Source: Asterias rubens (lineage: Eukaryota). Taken from it: DNA of 64,000 bases. The position numbers and the translations under genes were made by a program. This document shows positions 37,801 to 49,264 of this stretch, in pieces (within the stretch, counting starts at the first letter, position 1; each line of letters starts with the position of its first letter). The DNA is taken from contig NC_047063.1 in NCBI RefSeq assembly GCF_902459465.1, positions 2,542,001 to 2,606,000 of the forward strand. The letters run 5' to 3'. The notes beneath the pieces were generated by a model. That model was given only the letters and a program-made list of their open reading frames with translations. It was not told where the DNA came from and made no database searches.

Positions 37801-40800
37801 CTAAGACAGTGCGGTAAGTACACTATTTGAATTATGAGAAGTAACTGGAGATATTTTTTTTTTGACAGGGCTCGGGAAAGTACCGAGTATACAGTGCTAG
37901 CACACATTGTGTATAATGGGTATAACCAAAATTAATGTGAACTTTATCCCCTATGCAAATTTCCAACTAGAGATAGTAATTTTGCGGGTGCAACAATGTA
38001 TAAAATATCTTTCGTGGGAGTGTTGACTCTGAAAAGAGTCGGTGTGATCTCGACACTTCGGACAGTAAATGTGCAGTAAGTACACTCTTCAAATGATAAG
38101 AGGTATCTAAAAAATAGTAAACTTGCGGGTACAACAATGTATTAAGTCTCTTTTGAAGGAGTGTTGGCTCTGAAAAGAGTCGGTGAACGCTTCTCCTGCG
38201 TTTGAAATGTCCGAATTAAAGCAATTAGAATGGCTCTTTGTTCTATATACTTGAACACCTCTGCAAAGTAGAGTATAGGTCTTTATGAGTGAGAGCAAGC
38301 TGGAAGCCTGGGCCCAATTTCATAGAGCTGCTAAGCACAAAAATGTGCTTAGCATGAAATGTCTTTCTTGATAAAAACAGGATTACCAACCAACTTTCCT
38401 ATCGTTGCATATTGCTTGTTACATGTATTCAGCTGTTGTTTGCTTATAAATCCTGAAAATCACGTGGAAATTTGGTTGGCAATCCTGTTTTTATCAAGGC
38501 AAAAAATTTCATGCTAAGCAAATTTGTTTGTGTTTAGTAGCTCAAACACCCTGATAGGAAAAACCAGGTCGGACACCTACCTGAACGTCATGGTGACGAG
38601 TTTGTTATTGTAGCACTGATATGCCTTCTGGTACATGATAGGAGTAGGCTGAAAAACAACAAATAAAGAGTAGGCTTTTATTTATTTTTTAAAACAGCTT
38701 GGCATTTAAACACAAGTGGCAGAGGAAAGAGATATAATGCACATCACACACACACATGCAGGTGGAATGCGTTAGATTAGTCAAACTGAAAACACTGCAA
38801 ATTCAGAGCACAAATGTGTGGATGGTTCAGTTTATTGACTCGTGTTGCATTTAAAGGGCTAAAAATACCACTCTGTCAACACCAATATGTATTTCAGACA
38901 AAACATGAGTTCATAATGGATATATTAATGAATTTACATGTAACATGGATATTTTGAGACATCTGAATTAACCAGCTCTCTTTATAAACCCACGAGGAAT
39001 AATTTCAATCAAAACGCAGCTTCTTTTAATTGACATAATTGCTCAGACTAACACTCATAGAAGTGCTTAGACCCTTCAAGATGAAAACTATAGTGCAAGC
39101 ACAGCAAGAGAAATCAGTGAACATTTTATAAAAGTTCTTTTGTTATAAAAGTCTAAAACTCTCAGTCCAGCTTTACAAAAACTAATAGGAGACTTTCCAA
39201 CGCTAGGTGGCAGCAGACATACCGGGTAAATTTCCATTGTTTACGTAGTTCTGAACATGCGCATAATTCTGAGAACAATGGATTTACCCGGTAAGTCTGC
39301 TGCCCTCTATCGTCCCAGAAAGTCTCCCATTGTTTGTCAATAATAAATATTCAGAAACTGTAGAATGTTTCTTCCATCATCTTAAGAACCTTGTAAGAGG
39401 TAAGAGAGAGTCTCTATGATGCCTTAATATAAAAGATGTTTAAATTGGAACCGTTACACTAAAGGGAAATACTGTACGAGTATTTATTTTAGCAATATGC
39501 GTGTAGTACATCAAAGTGAACAATTTCCCTTGTAGTATGTGTAGCAGAGTAAAATTACACATGTTTTGATTGCGACTCAAAAAAAACACAATTGCCAACT
39601 CAATGTTAGCATTCTGTGTGCACAAATTAAGTTCAGTCTAAATTTCTTGCTATGTAAAATTGCCAGACAAAATTGTTTCCTGCAACACAGATTGTAAAAG
39701 AGTGTCAGAGAGAAAGCTAGCCAGTTGTTGTACATGTACAATGTGCTTATCGGCAGGAAGTCATCATTTTGATGTCAGTCTGTGCAGGTGTTTACCGCAG
39801 CATCATCAATAAAAGTGATTCAAGCAAACATGGTGCTTATAAATCAGGGTGCATTTGGTTTCTTTCTTACCATCTACTATTTATTTTTTATTACTACAAC
39901 AAATTTCAAAAAGTTGTGGATTTTTTATTTATTTTTAGGTTTATACATGAACAATGGGAAACTTATTTGGAAAATACTTGGCACTCTACCAACTGAGCTA
40001 TTAATATTGGCGGTCTCCCTTATTAAGAGTCGGTAGAGAGCTGGTGTCCCAGGGAATTCTGTACGCCAGGGATCTGTCCGCCATATGGGAAATTATCATA
40101 GGCTGAAGGAGAAAGATTCAAACGAGGGCGCTATCAGAAGAAGTTTGTACACAGTTTGCCATATGGGGGACACAATCTCCAGGGGGGGGGGGGGGGGGGC
40201 GACATTATCTTATGTCATAATGGCATGTTAATCCATAGGACATCGCAGGTACAAGTCCTGCTTGAGTCATTTTTTCTTTGTCCAAACCAAATTTATTACA
40301 TTATCAGTATACGGATCAAAAACAAGTTGGTTCCACATTAAGCCTTGGGTAAGATTGGCAACCCCCCACCAAATCTGATGAGAACATTACTCAATTTACT
40401 TGAGGGAGCGGGGGTTGGGGAATTACCAACTTGGGGTGACAAGTATTTGAGTATTAATTAAATCAGGGATAAAGAAAAACTGGACACCTGTAGTTTGTAC
40501 ATGTGCAATACTGAATCACCGACTTCAAAGAGATGGCACAACATTGGTTTTTGTTCGCTTACATTATTGAAATTTTAGCTTTGTCTTAAGTTTAAAGAAG
40601 TCACATGAGTTTTTGTTAACTGCCTTTCGGAGCAGACTTTGTGCCTAGGTTTTGCATTGATGAACCAGTCATTATTGCAGGCTGAAGTAACAGACTGTGG
40701 GAAGTCTTGCACGTATTGAAAACGAGGAAACAACGTGTGGACATTACAAGACAGTTAGGTTTTGTAAGTTCGATCAAACAGGTACAGTAACAATGTTGTG

Positions 40801-43800
40801 CTATTTCTTTAAGGGAAGGTACACGTTTGGTAATTACTCAAAACAAATATTAACTTAAAAACTGACTAGGTAACTAGTGTTGGAGAGCTGTTGATAGTAT
40901 AAAACATTGTGGGAAACGACTCCCTCTAAAGTAACTAAAGTAGTTATTGAGAAAGAGGTAATTTCTCACTAAAATAAAAAAAGACTTCTAGCTAGAAGTC
41001 TTTTATTCCTATCTGAAAGCACACAGATTCGTCCAACAAGGGTGTTTTTCTTTCATCATTTTCTCCCAACTCCGATGACCAAGTGAGCTCAAATTTTCAC
41101 AGGTTTGTTATTTTATGCATATGTTGAGATACACCAAGTGAGAACACTGGTCTTTGACAATTACCAATAGTGTACCTTCCCTTTAAAAGTTGCTGTCACG
41201 AAGAAGGTCTGAAACGTAGGATGAGTGTGAATGGGATTGGTCCAGAGTTTGTAATGTTACAATGGATTCAAATGAAAACTGAACACAATCCTTGTCAAGA
41301 AAACAGATGGAGAAAACTGATGTATAAAAAGAGAGGAATCACAACTTGATAGTATTTAACTATTTATTACCCTCCATTCCCATGGCTGTTTGGCAACAAA
41401 GAAGAAACAAAAATGGGTTAACATTGCCTGGCGTCATTATAGTCATGGATAGAAATATATAGCACTCTAGCAATATAGCACAAGATACATTAGGTGTTGC
41501 AGGTCTGTATGCTTCATTTTTGAAGGGCAAGGGCACCAAGGCATTTTCTCCCTGGTAAAGTGCACCCTATGAGGAAATTGCAAGTTTCTACTTGGAGCAT
41601 TTCAAGGGCACCAAGGCTATGACCTGGGCCATATATATATACAGGCAGTGAGCGCCAAGACCGCTAGAGGGCGCTGTTTGTTTGTGATCATTCATTTGTG
41701 AATAAGCTCTTGACCCATTGACTTGTGTGTCAGGAAATCGGGTGACGTACATGTATGGGCGGATTGATATTAGTTTTAGACAGTGTCACTCGGTTCATTC
41801 ATAAAAAGAACCGGATCTAAATTAAAGATTCTTTTGATATAGTGATTGACTCTACATGTAGAAGGAAAACTTTCAAAATCTTTCAACAAAAATTGTCAGA
41901 GTTGTCATTGTTTTAACTCTTTACAGAGGTGAGCACAGTTCAATACTTATTTTATGCTGTCTTAATAGAAGTTTCCGACAATCGCTGATAATAGGAATCC
42001 GGTTACTTGGTTGTAGTTAGAGGACTATCCTGTTTATTAATAGGTATCGGCGCCCCTTGCGGATATCCGGTTAGGTCAAAAACATTATACACGGTTACTG
42101 TTAGGAAAAGCTATTCACCATAAATAATAATAATATCTGTGGTTTCTTATAAAGCACACATGTCTGTCACCCAGTGACGCTCCTGGCGCTGTAACATATA
42201 GTATTTCCTGCCAGATGTGGGACTACGTTTGAATTATGAGACCTAATTCTGATAGCACCATGTAATGCTTTACATGGTGCTGTGGCAAAATTTGCTGCCG
42301 ATCGGACCAGGAACACCGGGGCAAACCCCTTCTCTTTTCGATAAGTGCACTGGGCTCTTTTACATGCGTTACAGACCAACGGTTTACAGACCAAGGGTTT
42401 AACGTCCCATCTGAAGGACGAAACAATGGTTAAGTGTCATGCTTAAGGACACAAGTGTCACGGCTGGGGCCAATTTCATAGAGCTGCTTAAGCAAAAAAT
42501 TTGCTTAAGCACGAAAATAGCTCGCTTATTTTTCACATGTTACTGGCAAAAAATGTCATGCCATATACATTGCTTGTGACTGGTATTTAGCTGTGGTTTA
42601 CTTAGCATAACAATCGAGTGGAGTCTTGGCCAGTAATCTGATTTTACTAAGCAAGGATTTTTTTGCTTAAGCAAAATTTTGTGCTTAAGCAGCTCTATGA
42701 AATTGGGCCCTGGAGATTAACCGGATATTTGATTTATTCGCCAAGGCCTAGAAGTTGCAAACAAGTCTAGTAGAACTGTTGCAACATTCTGAAGAAAAAA
42801 CCAAAATACACCAAATCAGAGTAAATAATGGCACGTACCTGCAGATTTTCTTCGTCGAACATGAAGAGAGCATCCAGGTAGTTTGCACTGAGACGCTTTC
42901 TTGGTTTAGCATGCCGGGGAATTAACGTGTCCCTACATACAGAGACAAAAGAAGAAAAGAAAAAATGTGTATTGTTAAAGCCATTGGACACTTTCGGTAA
43001 ACAGCATTGTCCAAGGCCCACACTTCGTGCATCACAACTTCTACATAAAATAACAAACCTGTGAAAATTTAGGCTCAACCAATCATCGGAGTCGGGAGAA
43101 AATAACGGGAAAAACCCACCCTTGTTTCTGCACGTGTGTTTAAAATAAATCTGTAAATCTTGATATCGAGAATTGATATTGTTTTAATGTTTTCTCAACA
43201 AGTAAAGCATTTCATGGAATAATATTTCAAGAGAAGTCTTTCACCACTACCTTCTGTAAACCCTGTAATTTGTAAATCTGTGAACTTTTAATTTTTTTTT
43301 TGTTCGGAAAGTGTCCAATGGCTTTAAGCCTAAACAAAAATTTGGGTTTTTGGGGGAGGGGTGGGGAAGCAAGGGCAAAAACAAATTGAGGGGATGGATT
43401 TGTAATGTATCGCATGCATTGGTGTTTTTAGGGGGCAAGAGGGGGGTGGAGGGGTTCTGAGTTCAGGGGAAGGGGCGGGGCTGGCTTCAGCGAAGTTAAT
43501 GCAGCCAGCCATGCCAGAAACACCTTCTCTTGACAGGCAAGTGAACTGGGTTCTATTGTTTTTTAGAACTTTCTCTTTTTGATAAACAAACCGTCTTGGT
43601 TGGCATGGTCGGCCAAATGCTAGTAAAACAAATGTATTAACAAAGTTCAACATTTTCTGCAAACTTTCAGTTAAATAAAATACCTCTCATAATTAGTTGT
43701 TCTGTATTAAACAAAATCAACAAATTTGTTAAATTGCTACAAAAAAAATAATGATCTTTTCTTGATTTGCACTCATGGCTTTCCATTGTTTTCCAATCTG

Positions 43801-46418
43801 GGTTGGCAAAAACTCGGGCTGTGACTCAGGACCTACCCACCTGACTACTCCCATTAAAGTGTCAAGACTGGGACTCGAACCAACCTTCCATGACCAATTA
43901 TTATTATTATTATTATTAATATTATTATGATTAGTATTGTTTTATTAAAAATCAAACATAACAGCCAAAAGGCTGAATTGTGTTTAGGTTTGCACTATAA
44001 AAATACATTCAAACATCAAAAACCAGCAAATATACAATAAGAGATTATAAAAATAGAGTAGATTTGAATATAAAATTTAAAAATTGTAAGAAGATATACA
44101 ATACAAATATATTTACACAATGAAAACAAGATATCTACAGGCCAGTAAAATTATTGGTGATTGAGCAGCTCAACTAGGGAGGGGATACAACTGTTTTTGA
44201 AACGGTTAGTCCTACATTTAACTGAGCAAAGTTTATTGGAATTTCTAATTGAGCCCAAATTTTCACAGGTTTGTTATTTCATGCATATGTTAGGATACAC
44301 CAAGTGAGAAGATTGGTCTTTGACAATTACTAAACATGACCAGTGCTTTTGAATAAGTATTTCATAAACTACTCACCACTTGAGAGCTTCCAGTCCATGG
44401 ACAGTCTCTAATCTCATTTTCATCAGCTCCTTCAGCTTGGTAATGATGTATTCCATCGGATCATCGGGACACAAAACGGCTAGTCCGGTCAGGATGGCCT
44501 ACAAATATTCACAAAAACAGAACGTTTGTTTAAAGGCAGTGGACACTATTGGTAATTACTCAAAATAATTATTAGCATAAAACCTTTCTTGGTGACGAGT
44601 AATGGGGAGAGGTTGATGGTATAAAACCTTGTGAGAAACGGCTCCCTCTGAAGTGCCATAGTTTTCGAGAAAGAAGTAATTTTTCCACAAATTTGATTTC
44701 GAGACCTCAGATTTAGAACTTGAGGTCTTGAAATCAAGCATCCAAACTCACACAACTTTGTGTGACAAGGGTGTTTTTTTCTTTCATTATTATCTCGCAA
44801 GTTCAATGACCGATTGAGCTCAAATTTTCACAGGTTTGTTATTTTATGCATATGTTGAGATACACCAACTGTGAAGGCTAGTCTTTGACAATTACCAATA
44901 GTGTCCACTGCCTTTAAAGCCATTATACACTTTCAGTAAACAGTATTGTCCAAGTCCCACACTTATATACTTATATACTTATAACTTATATATAAAATAA
45001 CAATCCTGTGGAAATTTAGGCTCAATCGGACATCGGAGTCGGGAGAAAATAATGGGAAAACCCACTCCTGTTTTCGCGCGTTTCGCCGTGTCATGACATG
45101 TGTTTATAACAAATCCGTAATTCTCGCTACCGAGAATTTATATTGTTTTATCGTTTTCTCAAAAAGTAAAGCATTTCATGGACTAATATTTCAAGAGAAG
45201 TCTTTCACTATTACCTTCTGTAAACCCTGTAAATTATTTGTAAATCTGTGAACTTTTTATTTTATTTTTTTACCGAAAGGGTCCAATGGCTTTAAGGGAA
45301 AGTATACCTCGATATATGATAAAACTAATGTGATAAGTTAACTTCAAAAGGATGTCACACTTTTGAGTTGCAACAGAAAATTCAGAATGAGTACCATGTC
45401 CAAGCAGATAGAGTAATCCGAAACACAATTTCAGAAGCGTTAACAAAATTTGCTGGCATAAAAACTTATACAAATCTTTTTACATACCCAATCTTCAAAG
45501 TGACCTGGGCCCAATTTCATAGAGCTGCTAAGCACAAAAATTTGCTTAGCATGAAATTTCTTCCTTGATAAATACAGGTTTAACAACCAAATTTCAATGT
45601 GATTTTCAGGATAAGCAAACAAAAGCTGAATACCAGTAACAAGCACTTATGTAACAAATGGAAATTTGGCTGGTAATCCTGTTTTTATCTGCCAGGAAGA
45701 AATTTCATGCTTAGCAAATTTTGTGTGCTTAGCAGCTCTATGAAATTGGGCCGAGGCCAGGGGGCATTGAGGCAATCATCCTCATTGCCTCCGTGAGCAA
45801 GCCGAGTTGAAACACAGTCCTCAGTATGTTTCTACTTGGTGTTTATACTTGCTTTAAAAAGCCCTTCTGTACAATCTGTGGCATTCTAAAATGGTTTTAT
45901 ATTCATAGCTATGATATTCATTATATTAAAGGCAGTGGACACTATCGGTATTACTCGAAACAATTACTAATATTAGCATACATGTAAAACCTTACTTGGT
46001 AACGAGTAATGGGGAGCTGTTGATAGTATAAAACATTCTGAGAAACGGCTCCCTCTGAAGACACGTACTTCCGAGAAAGAAGCAATTTTCCACGTATTTG
46101 ATTTCAAGATTTCAGAATTAGATTTTGTGGTCTCAAAGTTAAGCACCTGAAAGCACACAACTTCATGTAACAAAGCTGTTTGTTCTTTCATTATTATCTT
46201 GCAACTTCGATGACTAAGTTGAGCTCAAATTTTCACAGGTTTGTTTTTGTGTGCATATATTGAGATACACCAAGTTAGAAGACTGGTCTTTGACAATTAC
46301 CAATAGTGTCCGGTGTCTTTAAAGATTGCTGATTCATTCTTACCTCATACACATCAGGAACTTTGTGAAGCCGAAGATATTTCCGAATCTCAGGATCTAC
46401 ACCTTTTAATGAGGCCAT
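19844..46418 (-). CDS. FBXL13: F-box and leucine-rich repeat protein 13 (dynein regulatory complex subunit 6), 19 coding exons, about 913 aa
   Basis: Exons 46418-46344, 44498-44377, 42932-42839, 38648-38581, 37753-37599, 35884-35775, 34316-34215, 33570-33475, 32649-32624, 32014-31905, 31218-31065, 29258-29129, 28414-28195, 27485-27323, 25580-25461, 23529-23403, 22654-22436, 21098-20935, 20330-19844; all GT-AG, phases consistent, 2742 nt in total. N-terminus MASLKGVDPEIRKYL..ILTGLAVLCPDDP; F-box DISLLPRKLAIKIFSYLDL..W; LRRs such as NLQYMSLAYCRRFSDKGLQYL..KLVYLDLSGC typical of FBXL13. Confidence 0.95.
20321..20500. repeat. About 101 bp tandem duplication of the FBXL13 terminal-exon acceptor
   Basis: GCTCTTTCAAAGGAAAT.GGGACAAGAA occurs twice, 101 bp apart. 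Confidence 0.85.
21153..21536 (+). mobile_element. Kolobok/T2-like MITE family A
   Basis: TTAA TSDs, full TIRs and the conserved body. Confidence 0.85.
21548..21751. mobile_element. MITE with about 40 bp TIRs (Harbinger/ISL2EU-like)
   Basis: AGGGACTTTTCGTTTTCGACGACGGATGGTTCTGCGACGG mirrored at the right end. Confidence 0.7.
22259..22396. other. Assembly gap (138 N) in FBXL13 intron 17
   Basis: Run of N characters. Confidence 1.
22790..23175 (-). mobile_element. Kolobok/T2-like MITE family A (reverse orientation)
   Basis: TTAA TSDs; body is the reverse complement of family A. Confidence 0.85.
24390..24585. mobile_element. PIF/Harbinger-like MITE
   Basis: GGCCCAATTT.ATAGAGCTGCT left TIR, GAAATTGGCCC right TIR, CWG flanks. 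Confidence 0.6.
28798..29003 (+). mobile_element. AT-flanked MITE (ISL2EU/Harbinger-like); second copy at 55560-55765
   Basis: Two highly similar 200 bp copies, AT|GGACCGATCCGGC..GCCGGAACGGTCC|AT. Confidence 0.7.
29982..30352. mobile_element. Kolobok/T2-like MITE family B
   Basis: TTAA|AGCCATTGGACACTTTCG..GAAAGTGTCCAATGGCT|TTAA. Confidence 0.85.
30469..30638. mobile_element. Short palindromic MITE
   Basis: GTCACACTGCAGCGATAACGATAACGATCAAGACGCAAAGAG mirrored almost perfectly at the right end. Confidence 0.7.
30638..31021 (-). mobile_element. Kolobok/T2-like MITE family A
   Basis: Family A body and TIRs; right TTAA intact. Confidence 0.8.
31181..31555. repeat. About 158 bp triplication of the FBXL13 exon 11 acceptor and exon start, with an internal 24-25 bp minisatellite
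   Basis: GATAGATTCAG.TCTT..GCAG.TTCCTACA.TGAC occurs three times; CCATTGCTTACTAAAATGTCTGAAA units repeat between the copies. Confidence 0.9.
32282..32496. mobile_element. PIF/Harbinger-like MITE; related copies at 32798-33065, 38311-38542, 42467-42709, 45508-45752
   Basis: TIR GGCCCAATTTCATAGAGCTGCT; identical CTG/CTG 3 bp flanks at the 32798 and 42467 copies. Confidence 0.75.
35303..35678 (-). mobile_element. Kolobok/T2-like MITE family A variant
   Basis: TTAA TSDs; TIR variant AGGGAAGGTACA. Confidence 0.8.
36770..37115 (-). mobile_element. Near full-length tRNA-Leu-derived SINE with (TTA)n tail; other copies near 2690-2985, 3040-3140, 16600-16830, 42190-42466, 47995-48150, 57682-57780, 59960-60220
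   Basis: Head resembling tRNA-Leu (GGCCGAGCGG..GTGGATTCGAATCCC), central GTGTCCTTGAGCAAGACACTT..CTCCACCCAGGGGTAAATGGGTACC, 3' GCGCTGTATAAGAAGCC(ATT)n tail like L2/CR1 LINE ends. Confidence 0.75.
39187..39328. mobile_element. AT-flanked MITE carrying two CTCF-like motifs
   Basis: AT|AGGAGACTTTC..GAAAGTCTCCC|AT with inverted arms. Confidence 0.65.
40809..41186 (+). mobile_element. Kolobok/T2-like MITE family A variant
   Basis: TTAA|GGGAAGGTACAC..GTACCTTCCCT|TTAA. Confidence 0.8.
42975..43327. mobile_element. Kolobok/T2-like MITE family B
   Basis: TTAA TSDs and AGCCATTGGACACTTTC TIRs. Confidence 0.85.
44530..45295. mobile_element. Back-to-back Kolobok-like MITEs: family A (44530-44917) and family B (44914-45295) sharing one TTAA
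   Basis: Junction CCACTGCCT|TTAA|AGCCATT; outer TTAA sites intact. Confidence 0.8.
45926..46322 (+). mobile_element. Kolobok/T2-like MITE family A
   Basis: TTAA TSDs; ends 21 bp from the FBXL13 first coding exon donor. Confidence 0.8.
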
Positions 46419-46523
46419 TTTTACTTCAGGAGGCTATTGTACTTCTAACCAGTGCCGACTCCTTTCGCTATAACCTCAGGTCATTGCAGCTTCAAACATC
46501 AACCCCTGTAAGAAATAAACGTT

Positions 46524-46829
46524 TTAAAGCCATTGGACACTTTCAGTACAGAAAAAAAAAAAAGTTCACAGATTTACAAATAACTTACAGGGTTTACAGA
46601 AGGTAATGGTGAAAGATTTCTCTTGAAATATTATTCCATGAAATGCTTTACTTTTTGAAAAAAACATAAAAAACAATTATCAATTCTCGATATCGAGAAT
46701 TACGAATTTATTTTAAACACATGTCATGACATGGCAAAACGTTGTCCTATTGTTATTTTATATACCAGTTGTGATACTCGAAGTGTAGGCCTTGGACAAT
46801 ACTTTACCCAAAGTGTCCAATGACTTTAA
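46524..46829. mobile_element. Kolobok/T2-like MITE family B
   Basis: TTAA TSDs and family B TIRs. Confidence 0.8.
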
Positions 46830-46883
46830 AATAAGGCTTTCATTAACAGATCAAAGAACTTCTTTGTAATTGTATGTTCTGCA

Positions 46884-47092
46884 GGGTACCGGTCACTTCG
46901 GCACCTTGCAAACTTGGCACCTGTAAACCTCGGCACCTTGCAAACTCGGCACCTTGCAAACTTGGCACCTGTAAACCTCGGCACCTTGAAACTCGGCACC
47001 TTGCAAACTCGGCACCTTGCAAACACGGCACCTTGCAAACTCGGCACCTACAACATCAGCATCTTGCAAACTCAGCACCCACAAACTCGGCT
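46884..47092. repeat. Minisatellite of about 16 bp units (TCGGCACCTTGCAAAC / TTGGCACCTGTAAACC), about 12 copies
   Basis: Visible tandem array that degenerates to the right. Confidence 0.85.
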
Positions 47093-47696
47093 CATGTACA
47101 AATACAAACACGCACCCAGCTGAAAAATCTTGATTTTTACTACACTGCGTGGTAGGCCTCATTTTTGACGCAAAAGTTCAGTCCCACCATAGTCCCATAA
47201 AAAGCTTGATCCTGTTACAAAGTATTATTTTTTAATTAATAATTAATGGTTAAAAAAAAGGACCAACAAAACGACGCAATAAAAAAATGCCAATACAAAC
47301 AATAGTACAGTAGTGAGTAGTAATATATAATAGTATACACAGTAACAATACAATACAATTACAAATGTCAAGTGTCTTGCAATCAATGCAAGGCCAGCTA
47401 AACTACAAACAAAAGGCAACATGGCCAACAATCCCCCAACATAGTTAACACATTATTAGCCCGTTTACTAAGCCCCCTAATAAGACCCCAAGGCCTAACT
47501 AAGTAATTAATTTCATTTTAATTTTGATTTGACAGCACGCGACGTCCCGCTCCTCGGCGCTATTCTAAAAAAAAAAACATAATTAATTGCAACCATTAAA
47601 AAGCTGTAATTTCACAGTTTTACGTTTGCCAATCCTTTCGTAGCTGAAGTGGAAAAGCATTGTTCACTTCCAATGTCATACATTTTCTATACTTAC

Positions 47697-47860
47697 TTAA
47701 ATTCAAAGTAATGTTTTTCATGCTAAACTGCTGATTTTCTGCCGAAAGTGGTGGTGTCGTTTTGTGTGTGTATGGCGCTAGCAACGACCTGACCCGGATG
47801 TGAACAGCGCCACCAATAGTCTTCAAAATTACCATCCCATGCCAACTAAGCCCCGCCCCT
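47697..47860 (-). promoter_or_regulatory. Probable FBXL13 promoter and non-coding first exon
   Basis: Minus-strand GTAAGT donor at 47696 could join the acceptor at 46506. Upstream cluster: RFX half-site CTAGCAAC (47778-47785), ETS CCGGATGT (47794-47801), GC box CCCCGCCCC (47851-47859). Confidence 0.5.
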
Positions 47861-48804
47861 TTACTAATCGGGGGGGGGGGTCACCGATATAAACCTACGT
47901 TCACACTCGACCAGCTCCGATCATGGAAAGAGGCGATATCTCCAGTCTAACTCAGATTGTTTTGACCTGGATTTAGAGTCCGATCCCATGGGGCCTGAGG
48001 CATTGGGGTGGTTTTTGCTGCAGTGGGATCTAGTTCGGAGGACCTCAAGCTTAATTTCATTGTGTTCGGCAGCAGTGTGGGTTCGAATCCACGGGTCATG
48101 GTACAAATGATGTGCCCTTGAGAAATGCACTTAACCATTGCTTCGTTAAAGTTTGGAAGATAGCGCATTCTGCTCCACAATCGGCTTTCACAAAGAGCTA
48201 GTTATGGAATAGTCCTAACTTAGGACTAGTCAGTCCCATAGATAATTATTAAAAACTTAAGGCTGGCCCTGACTCGTTCTGACTCGGAAGTTTTTGGAGT
48301 TGTGGTTTATTCCACAGTAGGCTATTGAACTAAAACACGAATAGAAAGAACACACAACGGTTCGGGGTCCACAAAACAAGTTGAAAGGAAGGCGGGAAAA
48401 GTACAGAAGTTAGTATGATGACCAACATGCCTCAAAAGGCAACTCCACAATGTGTCCGAAGCCTAAATTAGTTTAGGTAACGGAAGAAAAACTCAGTCCG
48501 CGGTAATCAAAACAAAATTTGAAATCACCAGAAGCCAAAATCCCATTACAAAATAGAACATGTGGCACGGCTTTCGAAAATGTAAGATGATTGCAGATGC
48601 AAGATTAAAAACAATAATTTGTTCAGGTTTTTAAAAGCGAAGGTTCTTAAAAGCGACTCTAAAGTCTACTGGGATGAAGGCAACGGTGAATGCAGTATAT
48701 AAGTTTCTAAACACTCTTGATAAAAACAGACTCCGGCAGACTTTTATTAGGCCAAGCCGAAAAGAACTCTGAGATTCTCTGCTGATCGACCATGTCTTGG
48801 GCCT

Positions 48805-49010
48805 ATGTGCTTGCAAATATTATACTCTCGTGGTTTCTCATCTGTAAACTATTGTGTTGCTCGCCTTGTTCAGTTTTGAGACAATACATTGCGTTAAGAA
48901 CATGGATTGTCCAAACGACTGGACGCCGTTCGGCAAGCAATATTTGTTCTGTTAATCAATATGCCACTGTCGTAATGCTTTTCAATAGGGAGATTTGTTC
49001 TTCTAAATCG
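48805..49010 (+). pseudogene. Possible decayed signal peptide plus C-type lectin domain fragment
   Basis: Frame 48848-48955 reads TIVLLALFSFETIHCVKNMDCPNDWTPFGKQYLF; a neighbouring frame continues VNQYAT..C. Resembles the CPxxWxxFxxxCYxF start of CTLDs, but frameshifts are needed. Confidence 0.25.
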
Positions 49011-49264
49011 AATAAAAAAGGGAATCCTTGAAAACAAATCGGGATTTTTTTTTTAGCATGGCAATATTAAAAATGTTTTCTTCAAGTCTTTCTACCAGGT
49101 GTCCACACTTCTGTAGGACGAGGTTCAAAGGGGGGCCTTGTGTAATTTTCCGGTAATTTGAAGTTACTTCGTAGTTTATGTTAGTATTTTTGACATTATT
49201 TTGTCTTCTTATTGTTAACATCTTACAACTTCATCAAGGTGCTTGAAAAGTTGGTGGATGGATC

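Noticed and set aside
46826-47162. Overlapping repetitive ORFs (VPSLQGAEFARCR..) and a CRISPR-like look
   Set aside because: Products of a 16 bp minisatellite; no unique spacers, no cas genes, eukaryotic context.
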